Assembly (NCBI RefSeq): GCF_048593235.1
Contig: NC_133622.1
Span: forward strand, 27,032,001-27,096,000
Direction of reading: 5' to 3'
From: Sminthopsis crassicaudata
Taxonomy: Eukaryota
DNA length: 64,000 bases
The notes below the pieces were generated by a model. It had not been told where the DNA came from. It worked only from the letters and a program-made list of their open reading frames with translations, and made no database searches. Below, one piece after another: positions 48,972-62,128 of the stretch; positions within the stretch are counted from its first letter, which is position 1, and each line of letters starts with the position of its first letter. The translations under genes and the position numbers were made by a program.

Positions 48972-50206
48972 TTTTTTTTTAATTGAAAACAAAGTCACTT
49001 TATTATAAAATTTTGACAGTATATATGCATGAGTAATTTTTTTATATAACATTATCCCTTGTAATCATTTTTCCAAATTATCCCTCCCTCCCTCTACTCC
49101 CTCCCCTTGATGACAGGCAATATCATACATTTTACATGTGTTACAATATAACCTAGATACAATATATGTGTGTAAATCCAATTTTCTTGTTGCACGGTAA
49201 GTATTAGATGCTGAAGGTATAAGTAACCTGGGTAGATAGACAGTAATGCTAACAATTTACATTCACTTCCCAGTGTTCCTTCTCTGGGTGTAGTTGTTTC
49301 CGTCCATCATTGATCAACTGGAAGTGAGTTGGATCTTCTTTATGTTGAAGATTTCCCCTTCCATCAGAATACATCCTCATACAGTATTGTTGTTGAAGTG
49401 TACAGTGATCTTCTGGTTCTGCTCATTTCACTCAGCACAGTCCATGCAAGTCTCTCCAAGCCTCTCTGTATTTCTCCTGCTGGTCATTTCTTACAGAGCA
49501 ATAATATTCCATAACTTTCATATACCACAATTTACCCAACCATTCTCCAACTGATGGACATCCATTCATCTTTCAGCTTCTGGCCACTAGGAAAAGAGCT
49601 GCCACAAACATTTTGGCACATACAGGTCCCTTTCCCCTCTTTAGTATTTCTTTGGGATATAATCCCAATAGCAGCAATGTTGGGTCAAAGGGTATGCACA
49701 GTTTGATAACTTTTTGGGCATAGTTCCAAATTGCTCTCCAGAATGGCTGGATTCTTTCACAACTCCACCAGCAATGCATCAGTGTCCCAGTTTTCCCACA
49801 AACCCTCCAACATTCATCGTTATTTGTTCCTGTCATCTTAGCCAATCTGACAGGTGTGTAGTGGTATCTCAGAGTTGTCTTAATTTGCATTTCTCTGATC
49901 AGTAGTGATTTGGAACACTCTTTCATATGAGTGGATATAATTTCAATTTCATCATCTGAGAATTGTCTGTTCATATCCTTCGACCATTTATCAATTGGAG
50001 AATGGTTTGATTTCTTATAAATTAGGGTCAGTTCTCTATATATTGTGGAAATGAGACCTTTGTCAGAACCTTTAACTGTAAAAATATTTTCCCAATTTCC
50101 CTTCTAATCTTGTTTTCATTAGTATTGTTTGTACAGAAACGTTTTAGTTTGATGTAATCAAAATCTTCTATTTTGTGATCAATAATGATCTCTAGTTCTT
50201 CTCTGG
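48972..50206 (-). mobile_element. Young 5'-truncated L1 nested in an older + strand L1 remnant (~48820-50480)
   Basis: ORF 49573-49974 is an open L1 ORF2 C-terminal piece (REMQIKTTLRYHYTPVRLA...GTLMHCWW). Poly(T) tail. Exact 15-bp TSD GATGACCAATTTTTC (48957-48971 / 50207-50221). Confidence 0.95.
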
Positions 50207-50660
50207 GATGACCAATTTTTCATCAAAGACTTGATTCTTCTCAGCGGTTCAGTGATTGGAAGCAATCCCGATAGACTTTGGACAGAAAATGCCATCTGCA
50301 TCCATAAAAAGAACTATGGAGACTGAATGTATATCAATATATTTTATGTTCACTTTCTTTTCCTGTTTTTTTCCCCCTCTCCCATGATTTTTTTTTGTTC
50401 TGATTTTTCTCTCCCAATATGATTCACATACACATAAACCAATATGTATTTAAAAAATAAATAATTTTTAAAGTATATAAAGAGTTAAAGGAAAATAATC
50501 TCTGAGGAAAGACATAAGTATTGAGGGAGGCAAAGAAAGATTAAGAGAAGATGTCGTTTTAGCTGAAACTTGAAGAAATCCATGGAAACCAGGAAGCAGA
50601 GAAGGCAAGAGAACTCCTTCATGCATGGGGGATAATCAATTAAAACTCAAAGACAGGAGG

Positions 50661-51065
50661 TGTAGTGAGCTGTCGTCTCCAGAAGCTGCCGGATCGCTCT
50701 CTGGGAAGAGATCTGCTGTGTCTTCTACTCAAATCTCTCCGACAGATTCTTCTTCCTGTAACGAACCGTTGTCTCCAGGCAGTTGCTGTTAACTCTTGTC
50801 CAGAGAAGTGACTTCCCTTCCTGCAGAGAGCCCCGTCAAGCCTGATGCAATGCAGAGTCTTTTTTCTATCTCTGGGAGTCCTCTCTTTTATTCTCCCAGA
50901 GAATGGGCGTGGGATAATGCAAGGGCTTCTGGGAAGAACCACCTCAGCCAATGAGCCTGCTCCTTTCATCAAGTCAACCTGAGTTCTCATCTTGTAATTG
51001 TCCAACCTGAATTCTCACCTTGTCACTATCCAGACAACCCGAGTTCTCACTTAGTAATCCTAACA
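50661..51065 (-). mobile_element. Solo LTR, 405 bp
   Basis: TGTAG...TAACA termini with exact 5-bp TSD GGAGG (50656-50660 / 51066-51070). Three CAACCyGAxTTCTCA repeats, CCAAT box and AATAAAAG element on the minus strand. Confidence 0.9.
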
Positions 51066-51559
51066 GGAGGTGCTGGCTTGTGTGAAGAACAAGATGGTGG
51101 ATTCCCTTAAGGAGCCCCCCCCCATATTAAAGTCATGGTGACTATGAAGATGAGGAGAATGGCATAATACTAGTGCCAGATTAAAAACAGAATTCAAAGC
51201 AATGGTACAGATTAAAAAAATAGAAAATTTGCTAAAAGAAACACTTATTTGAGTACACAGACGCAGAATAAAGTGTAGTAGCACAGCAAAACCTTCATCT
51301 CACCTCATCAAGAGCTCAACACTCAACAAAACTTGAGGAAACATGGGAGAAATTAGGTTTTTAAGAATATCTCAAATTCTATCACAACAAGCTTCAACTG
51401 CATCTATATCATAGAGATATAAAGGGTTAACATCATAGACAAATCGGAAGGACGTAACTGTCATAACTTGAAGAGAGCAAGAGCTATTGACTAAATGGGG
51501 AAATGAAGTTAATGAAAAACAAAATACATAACGTTGGTAAAATTGAAAAGGTTTTATGC

Positions 51560-52520
51560 ACACAGTTAAATGCAGTTAAAATAAGGAGAAACATTTAACT
51601 GAAGGAGAAAATCTCCCTGTAACAGATTTCTCTTTCATTTATAAATGGCCTATAAGGAATTCATACCAATATACAAGAACTGTAAGTACAAGGTCAAAGC
51701 TAGTGAATGGGGAGGAAGAGAAAGTAGGAGGGAGAGGAGAAGAGAAAGCTCTCAACAAGCATATTTTAAAAGCTATAAATGACTAATAATAAAGGAAATG
51801 CAAAAAAATAAAGCCACTCTGAGATTCCACCTCACTCAGATTGGCAAAAGATGACAAAGTATAAAATGACAAATGTCAAATGGCTTGTGGGAGGATAGGA
51901 ATGTTAACATTAGTGAAGCTATAAAATGACTCAACTATTCTGCAAAGCAATTTAGAACTATACCCCAAAATATCACTAAACTCTTCGTGCCCTCTGACCT
52001 ACCAATACCACTATTAGTCATAGCCCAAAAAAGGGATCAAAGGAAGCCCCCCCCCCAAAAAAAAGGACAGATCTGTCCAAACATTCCTTTTATCGTAGGA
52101 AAGAACTGGAAACAAAATGGTACCCATCAATTAGAAAATGCATAAACAAATAATGATATATTATGGAAGAGATCATCTTGACACAAATCTGGTAACACTT
52201 GAATGAACTGCTGTAGAGTGAAATAAGAAGAATCCAAACAACTTATATAATTACAATATAGTTAAAGGAAAACAATTCTGACTGATTACTCATGACTTGG
52301 TAAAACTGATCATAGAGCATACTGTCGTCTCTTGGCAGAAATCAAAGAATATTTTTTTGGGGGGGGAAGGGATGTAAGGGGACAGAACATTAGTTATAGT
52401 GATACAAGAAAAAAAACCACAAATGAAACATCTTTAAAACACAGACAAGAGAACAGAAAACCATTTAGAAATGGACGGAAGAAATTAGACAATATTAATG
52501 CTATCATGTTAAATTTAATA
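51560..52520 (+). mobile_element. Old L1 ORF2/3' remnant
   Basis: Motifs GAAATGCAA...ACTCTGAGATTCCACCTCAC and CCCATCAATTAGAAAATG. Confidence 0.6.
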
Positions 52521-53159
52521 TAAGTTTGAGGGAAAAGTATATATCAGAATCTCACATACAATTTTTCTTTTTTGTTCTTAAGTGTCTTAAAACTTATTAG
52601 GTTCCATTGTTTTTCTCTAATTTCAAATCATCTCCTTTCATATTTCTTACAAGTACTCAACAACTAATTTTTTAAACAGTATAATCTTAAGTAATTTCAC
52701 CTCAGTGATTTTATGTGAATTTCATCAAACTCCCTTGAGATAACTAGATTTGATCTTTCTGGCAGGGGAATGATCATTCTTTCAATTTCTCAGATGTGTG
52801 ACTTCCATGTTATTCTTCACTTTGTATTCTCACCTCACATATATAATCAGTTGCCAAATCTTGTCATTTCCATCTCCACAATTCCCTCTTCTCTATTGCC
52901 CTACTCTCTTACACCTTAGCTCTGGACTGCTCCATGTCTTGCCAAATGGATTGCATCCTTTTTCTTCACACATGGCATTTTAGGGCCATCTTTGTATCTT
53001 TATATTAGCTAATTCCTCATAATTGAAGTGTATTTTCTTCTCACTTATACTTCAAAGAATTTCTCCCTTTTCAAGACCACCTTCTATAATGTCTGTCCTG
53101 AATGCAACTTCCAAATACATTATATCTATTTTGTATTTATTCTTCATGTACTTTATCTG

Positions 53160-53232
53160 AATATATTTACATATATATATATACATATATATATATGTGT
53201 TTTTATATATATATACACATATATATATATAC
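53160..53232. repeat. (TA)n-rich microsatellite
   Basis: Direct run. Confidence 0.85.
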
Positions 53233-53458
53233 ATGCACTAATCCCCACTAATAAAATGTAAACTACTAGAGAACAAGAATTACTTTTTCTTTGACTTATC
53301 AGTGTCTAAAACATAAAAAATAATAAATACTTGCTGAATGACAAACATGACCATCTAGAGATGCTGTTTACAGATGATATAGTGCTGAATGCATCAGTTC
53401 TCAGAACACTTCAAACTAAAATAAGCATCATGATAAAAACAGAAGAGTTCCTTTACAT

Positions 53459-53604
53459 CAGTGGCCCTCAAACTTTTTTAAATAGGGGGCCAGTTCACTG
53501 TCCCTCAGACTGTTGGAGAGCCAGACTATGGTAAAAACAAAAACTCACACTCTGTCTCCGCCCCTCAGCCCATTTGCCAGTGGGCCGTGGTTTGAGAACC
53601 CCTG
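53459..53604 (+). mobile_element. OC1-like hAT MITE, copy 3
   Basis: TIRs as above. Perfect 8-bp TSD CTTTACAT. Confidence 0.95.
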
Positions 53605-55558
53605 CTTTACATGAAGTAAAAAAGCTTTAGCATTTAAAAAAATAATCTGTGGCTAGATTTAAGAAGGAAATTTCAACTGGGTAAAAAAAAAAAAAAATTA
53701 CATTAAAAAAACACAAAAAAACAAAAACAAACCAAAAAAAAAAAAAAAAAAAAACTTTATAATCAAATATTTCAGATAAGGCACACAGGAAATTAACACA
53801 AATATATAATACCAGGAGTCATTCTCTAATGGATAAGTGGTAAAAATAGAATCTCCTCCAAAAAAATACATTAGGCATTTCTATGTTTTAAAACACATTA
53901 TTTTATGTGGGGAAACAAAAAGAAAAACATCATAATCCCTGATCTCAAAGGAAACTTTCTTCAATTGAGGATTAAATGGAAAGCCCCACTAGTCCTTTGA
54001 GTTCTAATGGAAAGATCCAAAGCTTCTCAAGTGGACAGCAGCAAGACAGATGATAATTAAATGGTTCTCAAGACACAGTGACAGAGCAGAGCTAATGGTC
54101 CCCCTTCTGACCAGAAGGAGTGTCAATGGCAACTCCCCCCTCATTAAAGCAACATAAAACACCATATCTGCCCCATATTCAAGGGGCCTAGGGCCTGAAA
54201 CCAATGGGAAGAAAAATCATCATAGGATTTTATCAGTCTTGGGTTAGGTGACTATGTTTGGGAAAAAGCATTTTGCCAGGCTGCATAGCTGTGCCTTCCT
54301 CTTAAAGATTATGATCAACTAGTTTTCAAAAGAAAGCTTTCAAATTGTTAAAGATTACCCCAAATCTCTAATAAGAGAATTGTAAACCAAAACAACTTTG
54401 ATGGATCAAATTAGCAAAAATGAAAAAAAAATAGGAGTAATCAGTGTGGGAAGGATAGAAAGGCTATATAGTAAGATAGGTATACTAAAATGCTGTTGGT
54501 AAAGTCCAACCATTCTGGGAAGAAACTTAAATGTCCGTATCCAAACCACCTTGTGATTTCATTGTGAAATATATATCTCTAATAGAATAATGATAGAAAA
54601 GTCCAATAGATGTCAAAGTATTTTAGCAACAATTTTAATAGCAAAAAATTGTAAATTAATTACATGCCAGTCAATTGAAAAATAAAATTAAACTGGATAC
54701 ACCCTAATCTTAATCACAACTATTTGCCCCTGAAAACTATTGAGAAAAGACACCTCCTTATTTTCTGAGGTGAAGGAACTATGGGTATAGAATACTGTCT
54801 ATACAACTAACATTTTAATTGGTTTTGCTATTTTTTCCCTATTTAATTTTTTTTTAAATTTGTATTATAGAGATCTCACTGGGTTGAGAAATGAACACCA
54901 TGTAAAAATAAAAAACATCTATTTTTAAATGGTCAGGAAGAAATTAGTATCCAACTGGCAACAACATGACTGGTTTACTACTCTTCTCCAACTCTGAAGA
55001 ATTTGATAGGTTCAGACCTGCATAAAAAGAGTATTTATACAGGGAAGAAATTATATATGTTTATAAGTACTGAGATACCAAAGGATGTAGGGTGATATAG
55101 GAACACTTATTTTTGCCTTCACATATTGGTGTCTTGCCCACTGATCGGAAATACCTTATCATTAGGCTGTAAAACTTTTGACAGGCAACAAAGTTTTGGG
55201 GACTTTCTTAGTATTCCCAGAGCTTAACCCAATGCTTAGCCAAAAATAGGCACTTAATAAATGCTAGCTGACTACCTGATTGATGCCTTCCAACAGTCCT
55301 GTCTCCTACATCTTATCAACAAGTTTAACTTCAGTTATGAATCTTTGCCATAATATCCCAGTCTTTACTGATCAACTCTACTGCCCAATTTCCTTTGTTT
55401 GAAATCAAGTTGCACTGTCTTATATGGTTCTATAAATGATTTCTATTAACTTTCTATTTCTGATTGGTCCATAACTACTCCTATGAGCAGTGAGAAGTAC
55501 ATACTTTTTTTATTCCCAAAGTATCTTGCATTATTATGCTAAGTTTAGGATCCTTGAA

Positions 55559-55842
55559 NNNNNNNNNNNNNNNNNNNNNNNNNNNNNNNNNNNNNNNNNN
55601 NNNNNNNNNNNNNNNNNNNNNNNNNNNNNNNNNNNNNNNNNNNNNNNNNNNNNNNNNNNNNNNNNNNNNNNNNNNNNNNNNNNNNNNNNNNNNNNNNNNN
55701 NNNNNNNNNNNNNNNNNNNNNNNNNNNNNNNNNNNNNNNNNNNNNNNNNNNNNNNNNNNNNNNNNNNNNNNNNNNNNNNNNNNNNNNNNNNNNNNNNNNN
55801 NNNNNNNNNNNNNNNNNNNNNNNNNNNNNNNNNNNNNNNNNN
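55559..55842. other. Assembly gap (284 N)
   Basis: N run. Confidence 0.97.
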
Positions 55843-57629
55843 TAAACCAGAAAGACTAGCAAGAAATATAATTTTGGTCATGTCACCAAAGAATAAGAAA
55901 ATACTTCCAAGTAAATGAGATAATTGGAAGACAAAAATGTTTTGGACACTTTGCTGCATAGTCCAAGAGAAAAGAAAAAGTCAAATTTTAGTGAATTTTC
56001 TTGTTCGGTAGCCATAACTCATCTCTAAAAAAGATAATTTGTTATGTTGAAATCTTATTCTCATAATTTAAAATTTTATACCTTCCTCTTCTTAGTTAAG
56101 TGAAAGCCAAAGTTGTAATTTTGCCTTCACTCACCCTGAAGAATCCTTATTAAAAGTAGATAATATTTAGGTTTAGATACCATCTCAACAATGAAGTGCC
56201 AGTTCATATCATCAGCTTTAATAGCCCTTCCATCTCTTTCATGATTGTTGCCAAAGCAGTTCATCTGGTTTTTGAGCTAATTTGCTGAGGTTAGAAAATG
56301 TATTTTAAATTCTGGATTGGAAGCTCTTTGAAGTCAAGGCTTTAATCATTGGGTAATTAGAAGAGTTCAATTTTTTTAGTCCCCATGAAAGCAGAATGGA
56401 GAGGGTAGTGGGTCCGTAAGAGTGGTGTGGTGAATGAGGTAGAGAAGAGACGTCTAATACGTGGATAATCTACAAACCAGACTTCGAGGTACACTTCCAG
56501 TACTAATCGATGTCACTGGACTCTACTTATGAAACTACTCCATTTCACTCTAGGTATAACCAGGACATCAATTTTAACACTAAAATTTAGTCAGGGTAAC
56601 CTGGAAAGTACACAATCTGGATTTGCAAACAGAAACCAGAAAAACTTATTTAAAAGTATTCCAGAACCCACAATTCTCCATTTGGGGATCAAAATTTGGG
56701 TCTATGTAGGCCCAATTTAGCTCCAAAAACCTCTTTACTGTTTCATTTATAAAAATGCTAATCCTCTCTTCAATACTAACTTTGTGATTAGGTCCTTTCA
56801 CATTGGTTCACCTGCTGTCATGATTTCTAGGATACAAGTTATTTCAAAAACCCTTCTACAAACTTAAAAATCCACTTAGATAATCAACATTGGCAATTTG
56901 GCCCAGATGATCACTGAACTCACTTTGCTCTTTTAAATTCTAGGACTCCATTACAAATATTGCCAGACTCAGATGATATAGTAATTTTGACAATTATTCT
57001 TTTCTTCTTTCTCTTTTATTCTTTGATATTAGAGGATGACTCTCTGCAAAGGAATAATACATAAAGAGAAATAGGATGATATTATTTAAAAAAAAAAAAA
57101 AGACATGCATTTTTATATGCAAGACAACAAATCTTAAGACTTACTGACCATCCAACTACAGGGATGATGGAATAGATGTTAGAATAAAAGAGCATATTTT
57201 AAGAGCCGAAGAGGAACTCAGCAGATAACCGGTCCAACATTCAGAGGCTACTTGAGGCCTTCCAATTAGCATACCATTCTACTTAGGGACAGTGAAGAGG
57301 AAGTTTTTCCTGACTTCCACTTAACACTCTGCCCCTTGGAGCAGGACAAGCATACCGCCCCCATGCACATGACAGCCCTTCAAATACCTAAACATGCTAA
57401 AACTATTATTAAAAACCCCAGTTCTCCGGATCCTCATATGACAGACTTAAATCACCTTCATCCTGGTTGACAGATTCAATCAGCAACTAACAATATCTAG
57501 TCAAAATTTTGACACTCAGAACACAATATTCCAAATGTCATCTGACCAGAGCAGAGTACAGAGGGAAGAGCTTCTCCATTAGTATGCAAGCTTTTTTATT
57601 TACATGATCTGAGGCAAAGTGAAGTGGGC

Positions 57630-58090
57630 AGAACCAGAACATTGTGCACTGTAAAGCCAACATTGTGCAATGATCAACAGGGACAGACTTAGAATGCACA
57701 CAATTGCATGATGAAAAATACAACGATGAAAGACAATTCCAAGAGGCTCATGATAGAAAATGCTTTGGGACACTTTGCTGCATGGCCCAAGATGTATTTT
57801 ACAGATCAAATACAAACAGATACAGATCAAAGCATATTTTCACTTTATTAGCTTTTTATTTCTGGTGACTTTCTCCATTTGTTCTGATTTTTCTTTCACA
57901 ACATGACTAATGTGGAAATATGATTAATAGGACTGTACATGTATAAACTATATGGAACTGCTTGCCATATTGGGGTAAGGGAAGGGAGGAAAAAATATGG
58001 AACTAAAAACTTATAAAATGAATATTGAAAACTATCTTAACATGTAATTGGAAAAAAGCCAATATTATTTTTTTAAAAGGCTTAAAAATA
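57630..58090 (+). mobile_element. L1 3' remnant
   Basis: CAGAACCAGAACATTG...CAATGATCAAC...TTTCTTTCACAACATGACTAATGTGGAAATATG motifs. Confidence 0.65.
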
Positions 58091-60197
58091 AATGCTTAAA
58101 GCAATCCCAAAAAAAGAATATAAGCTCTTTGTGGGTAGGAACTAATTTTTCTTAGTCTTTGGAAACCTAAAATTTAACAGAGTACCTAATATATAGCAAA
58201 TGTTTAATAAATAATTATTAGTTAATTGACTGATTATTGCTAGAAATCATTCTCTCAATATGGTCCAAGATTGAATTCATTTATGGGGAGGAAGAAGAGG
58301 GAAGAAAAGGAGGGGTGCTGTCACATCATACTATTTACCAATATTGCCTTTGTAATTCACAAATTTAAAGACTAACTTCCCCATTTGGTTAAATGAAAGA
58401 TATTTTGTTATTATTGCTTGTTTTTTTTTTTTTTTTAATTCCCATGATCAAATATATGACACAGCAGAAAAAGCTTTAAATTTGCAGTCAATGGCCTCTA
58501 ATTAAAGGGTTCTTTCACTTCCTATCTGTATAACCTCAGGTCACTTCACTATTCTGGAGAGTCAATAGAAATAATTACTAAAAAGTCAACAAAAAACCCA
58601 ATATGGTCCAGAAGTTAGTTAGGTCCATCATTCATACCACAATCATTCCAGGTGGCACCCCTCACCTGCCAGAGCCCCCCAATTGGTTTCCAGCTCCACT
58701 AACCCCCAATCCATCCTCCAAGCAGTCAACAAATGGACATTCCTAAAGCATTTGCAAGTCAGATCCTATTTCTCTGCTCCACAAACTTCAGAAATTCCCT
58801 TTTTAAGGCCTGTTCTTTGGCATTTACAGACCATCAGGATCCTGCTCCAGACTCATTCTGCAATCACCCACATTCCTACAATGCAAACTCCAGCTAAGAG
58901 TCTTCATGTTTGGGGTTCTCAACACAGGATTCCCCATCTCACCCAGAATTCACGCCTTTACACGGGCTGCCTTAAATAACCTAGAATGTTCCCTTTGTCA
59001 CATCTGCCTCATGGACCCAACAGCTCCTTTCAAGGATCAGCTCCTGCTTCAAGAGTCCTAATCAGCCTAAATGTTGCTGCCATCCCCATTCCACTCTCCT
59101 TTGGTATATATATTCTCTATATATCTGTGACAATTATCTTCACTCTCCCAACAGGGACTCCTTGGGCACCCACAGAAGCCCTTCTACACATGTACACCCT
59201 GAGCTAAGCATTATGCTTGGCACTTAGTGGGCACTTTATCAGCAGACTATAAGCTCTATTAGCTCCTATTAAGCTCTAGGAAGGCCAGAACTCTAACAAT
59301 ATTTGTCATCCGTACTTCAAAGTCCTTTCAAAGTGAAACTTACCCCTGAATTTCTGCTGTTCTATATTTTCACACCATCATGCAGGGATTTACTTGATGC
59401 TTCTTTCTCTCCTACAGACAAGTTCATTTAGATGAGGTTACTTTCAAAGATTCAAATGGCTCCGGCTCTCTCTGATTCAGAATGGGGCAGATCACAAGCT
59501 ATCCTTGCATGTCCAACCTGGGACAGTCAACTATGTTTTGCAACAATTTGTCATAAAGGCTGCATCTAATGTAGTGAAAATCCTCTTGGTTTTTTTTTCC
59601 TTCATCAAGAGAGCAGCAATGGCGCACTTGGGCCAGGGCCTGGTCACCCCTTGTTCTTGCCACATAACTACTATATCTTCTTTTCCTATCACACAATTCA
59701 TAACCAGGAGAGATCAACTAGCCTGTCCCTTTTCCTCAGATAGTTCATACTCTTCTGCTTCTCTTTTTCCCTTGGTTGAGGAAATCTTCCCTACTCACTC
59801 CCTGATTGTCATTCCTATTCATTCCTGAAAACCCAAATAAAATTCCAATTCCCCTAGGTGAAGTAGACTCTTCAATCTCCCTTCAAAACACATAAAACAT
59901 TTAATTAATAATCTTGGGAATATTCAGCATGAATTATTTTGAGTGTCATTTTTCCCCATTGAACTTTTAAATTTCATGAGGGCAAGGATTCAATCTTATC
60001 TAAACTGAATTTTCCTCAGTGTCCATACACAGTGGGCATTTTGTATATATTTATCGTATATACAATATGTACCGTGTGTGTGTATGTATATTTTTACACA
60101 CACACACACATACACACACACTCACATATACAATATGTATAACTTTGTATACCTCTTTCCATACAGGTTGTCTCTCCTGTTAAAATGTAAGCATCTT

Positions 60198-61105
60198 CAC
60201 TGTTGTAGAGTTGTGAAATGATCCAACCATTCTGGACAAAAATTTGGATCTATGCCCAAAAGGCTATAAAACTGTGCATGCCCTTTGATCCAGTCTGTAC
60301 CCCAAAGAGATCATAAGAGAAAAAAGACCCACATGTGTAAAAATGTTTGTGGCAGCCTTTTTTGTAAGTGGCAAGAACTAGAAATTGAATGGCTGCCCCT
60401 CAGTTGGTGAATGGCTGAATAAATTATGTTATATTAATGTATAATTAATGTATTAATTAATATACGGAATATTATTGTTCTGTAAGAAAGATCAGCAGGA
60501 TGATTTCAGAGAGGCCTGGAAAGTCTTACATAAACTGGTACTTTGGAAGTGAACAGAACTAAGAGAACACTGTATATATTATATACAGTGTTCTCTTAGT
60601 ATAATATATAATATATATTATACTTAGTATAATATATATAATATATAATATATATATCATATATTATATATTATATATATATAACAAGATTATGCAATTA
60701 TTAACCATCAATGGACTTATCAACAATAAGGTGATTCAAGACATTTCCAAGAGACTTGGAATGGAAAATGCCATCCGTATCCAGAGAGAGAACTATGGAC
60801 ATTGAATGTGGATGGATGCATAGTGTTTTCACTTTCTTGTTGTTTGCTTCCCTTTTTTTTTTCCCCTTTCCCATGCTTTTTCCCCTTTTGATCTGTTTTT
60901 CTTGTGCAGCATGACAAATATGAAAATATGTTTAGAAGAACTGAACATGTTTAATTTATATTGAATTGTTTACTGTCTTGGAAGGGAAGAAAGGGAAGAG
61001 ATAAAATTTGGAACACATGGTTTTACAAAGATCAATGGCCAAAACTATCTTTGCTATGTATTTGGAAAAGTAAAATACAATTGAAAAAAAATTTTTTTAA
61101 TAAAA
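60198..61105 (+). mobile_element. 5'-truncated L1 containing a palindromic AT-rich insertion
   Basis: L1 ORF2/3'UTR motifs. Exact 17-bp TSD TAAAATGTAAGCATCTT (60181-60197 / 61106-61122). Confidence 0.92.
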
Positions 61106-61614
61106 TAAAATGTAAGCATCTTGAAGGCAGGAATCATTTTTTGGATTTTTTCTTTGTATACAATATAGTAGGTTTTTAATAAGTAGTTAGTGGTTACAAG
61201 ACACTACCATATCCCCAGATCTGAATCTAACCACTGAATCAGCCCTTCAGTAAAGTACTAAGTGAGCATTTCCTACATAAACCATAAGTTCCCTAATATA
61301 GTTTGCTCAGAGGACACTAAATTTGTGTCAACTTTGTTTTTAAAACTCACTATCAACTAGAAGCAATTTACCCCTCTGAAGTTCAAATATCTTGTTTGGC
61401 ATCAAAATCTCTATTTTCTAGTGATGGATTTGATGGCCAGTGGTATTGACTGGCTTGAGTACCATCTACAACTTAATCAGCACCGTCAATCTGGCATTTA
61501 TGAATCAACTGGTGCTCATTTGTCTGAAAGAAGCATCAGTGATAATATGAGAACTTTTTTCCATTTACAAGTTCTCAGCCTCTTTATATTCAATCTTGTG
61601 CATCGATCTGAATG

Positions 61615-61616
<2 letters not shown>

Positions 61617-61658
<42 letters not shown>
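61617..61658. repeat. (AC)n microsatellite
   Basis: Direct run. Confidence 0.95.
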
Positions 61659-61661
<3 letters not shown>

Positions 61662-61997
61662 GTTTATCCTTTTTAGAACCGGATCATGACATCTGGGAGG
61701 TGATGACATGACTGGCAAGTGAATTAAATTTATACAAAATCATCACTAGCCTCACTTTCTCCTCCAAAACCACTTAGGTGCAGTGAGCAGACATGGATCA
61801 GGACCACTGGAGACGGTCACTAATGTAGTGAAAAACCTTGGCATTTTTAAGCTAATATCTTTAACAGGTCTCACTGACTGAGGCAACCAATCATTCAGTG
61901 ATTAAAGTAAGAAATGAGGCTGAGAATGGTTTCTTTTATCGAGCATAATATGTAATATATAATATCTAGACATAATTTTATATAGGTACATATATAA

Positions 61998-62128
61998 NNN
62001 NNNNNNNNNNNNNNNNNNNNNNNNNNNNNNNNNNNNNNNNNNNNNNNNNNNNNNNNNNNNNNNNNNNNNNNNNNNNNNNNNNNNNNNNNNNNNNNNNNNN
62101 NNNNNNNNNNNNNNNNNNNNNNNNNNNN
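61998..62128. other. Assembly gap (131 N)
   Basis: N run. Confidence 0.97.

Noticed and set aside
55935-57795. ~35-bp similarity TTTGGACACTTTGCTGCATxGxCCAAGA at ~55935 and ~57760
   Set aside because: Too short to interpret; no TSD or further homology.
25831-62128. ORFs spanning N gaps (25831-26115, 55490-55959) and the possibility of hidden exons in gaps
   Set aside because: The ORFs are artefacts of Ns. The coding chain from exon 2 to exon 6 closes in frame without needing gap sequence.
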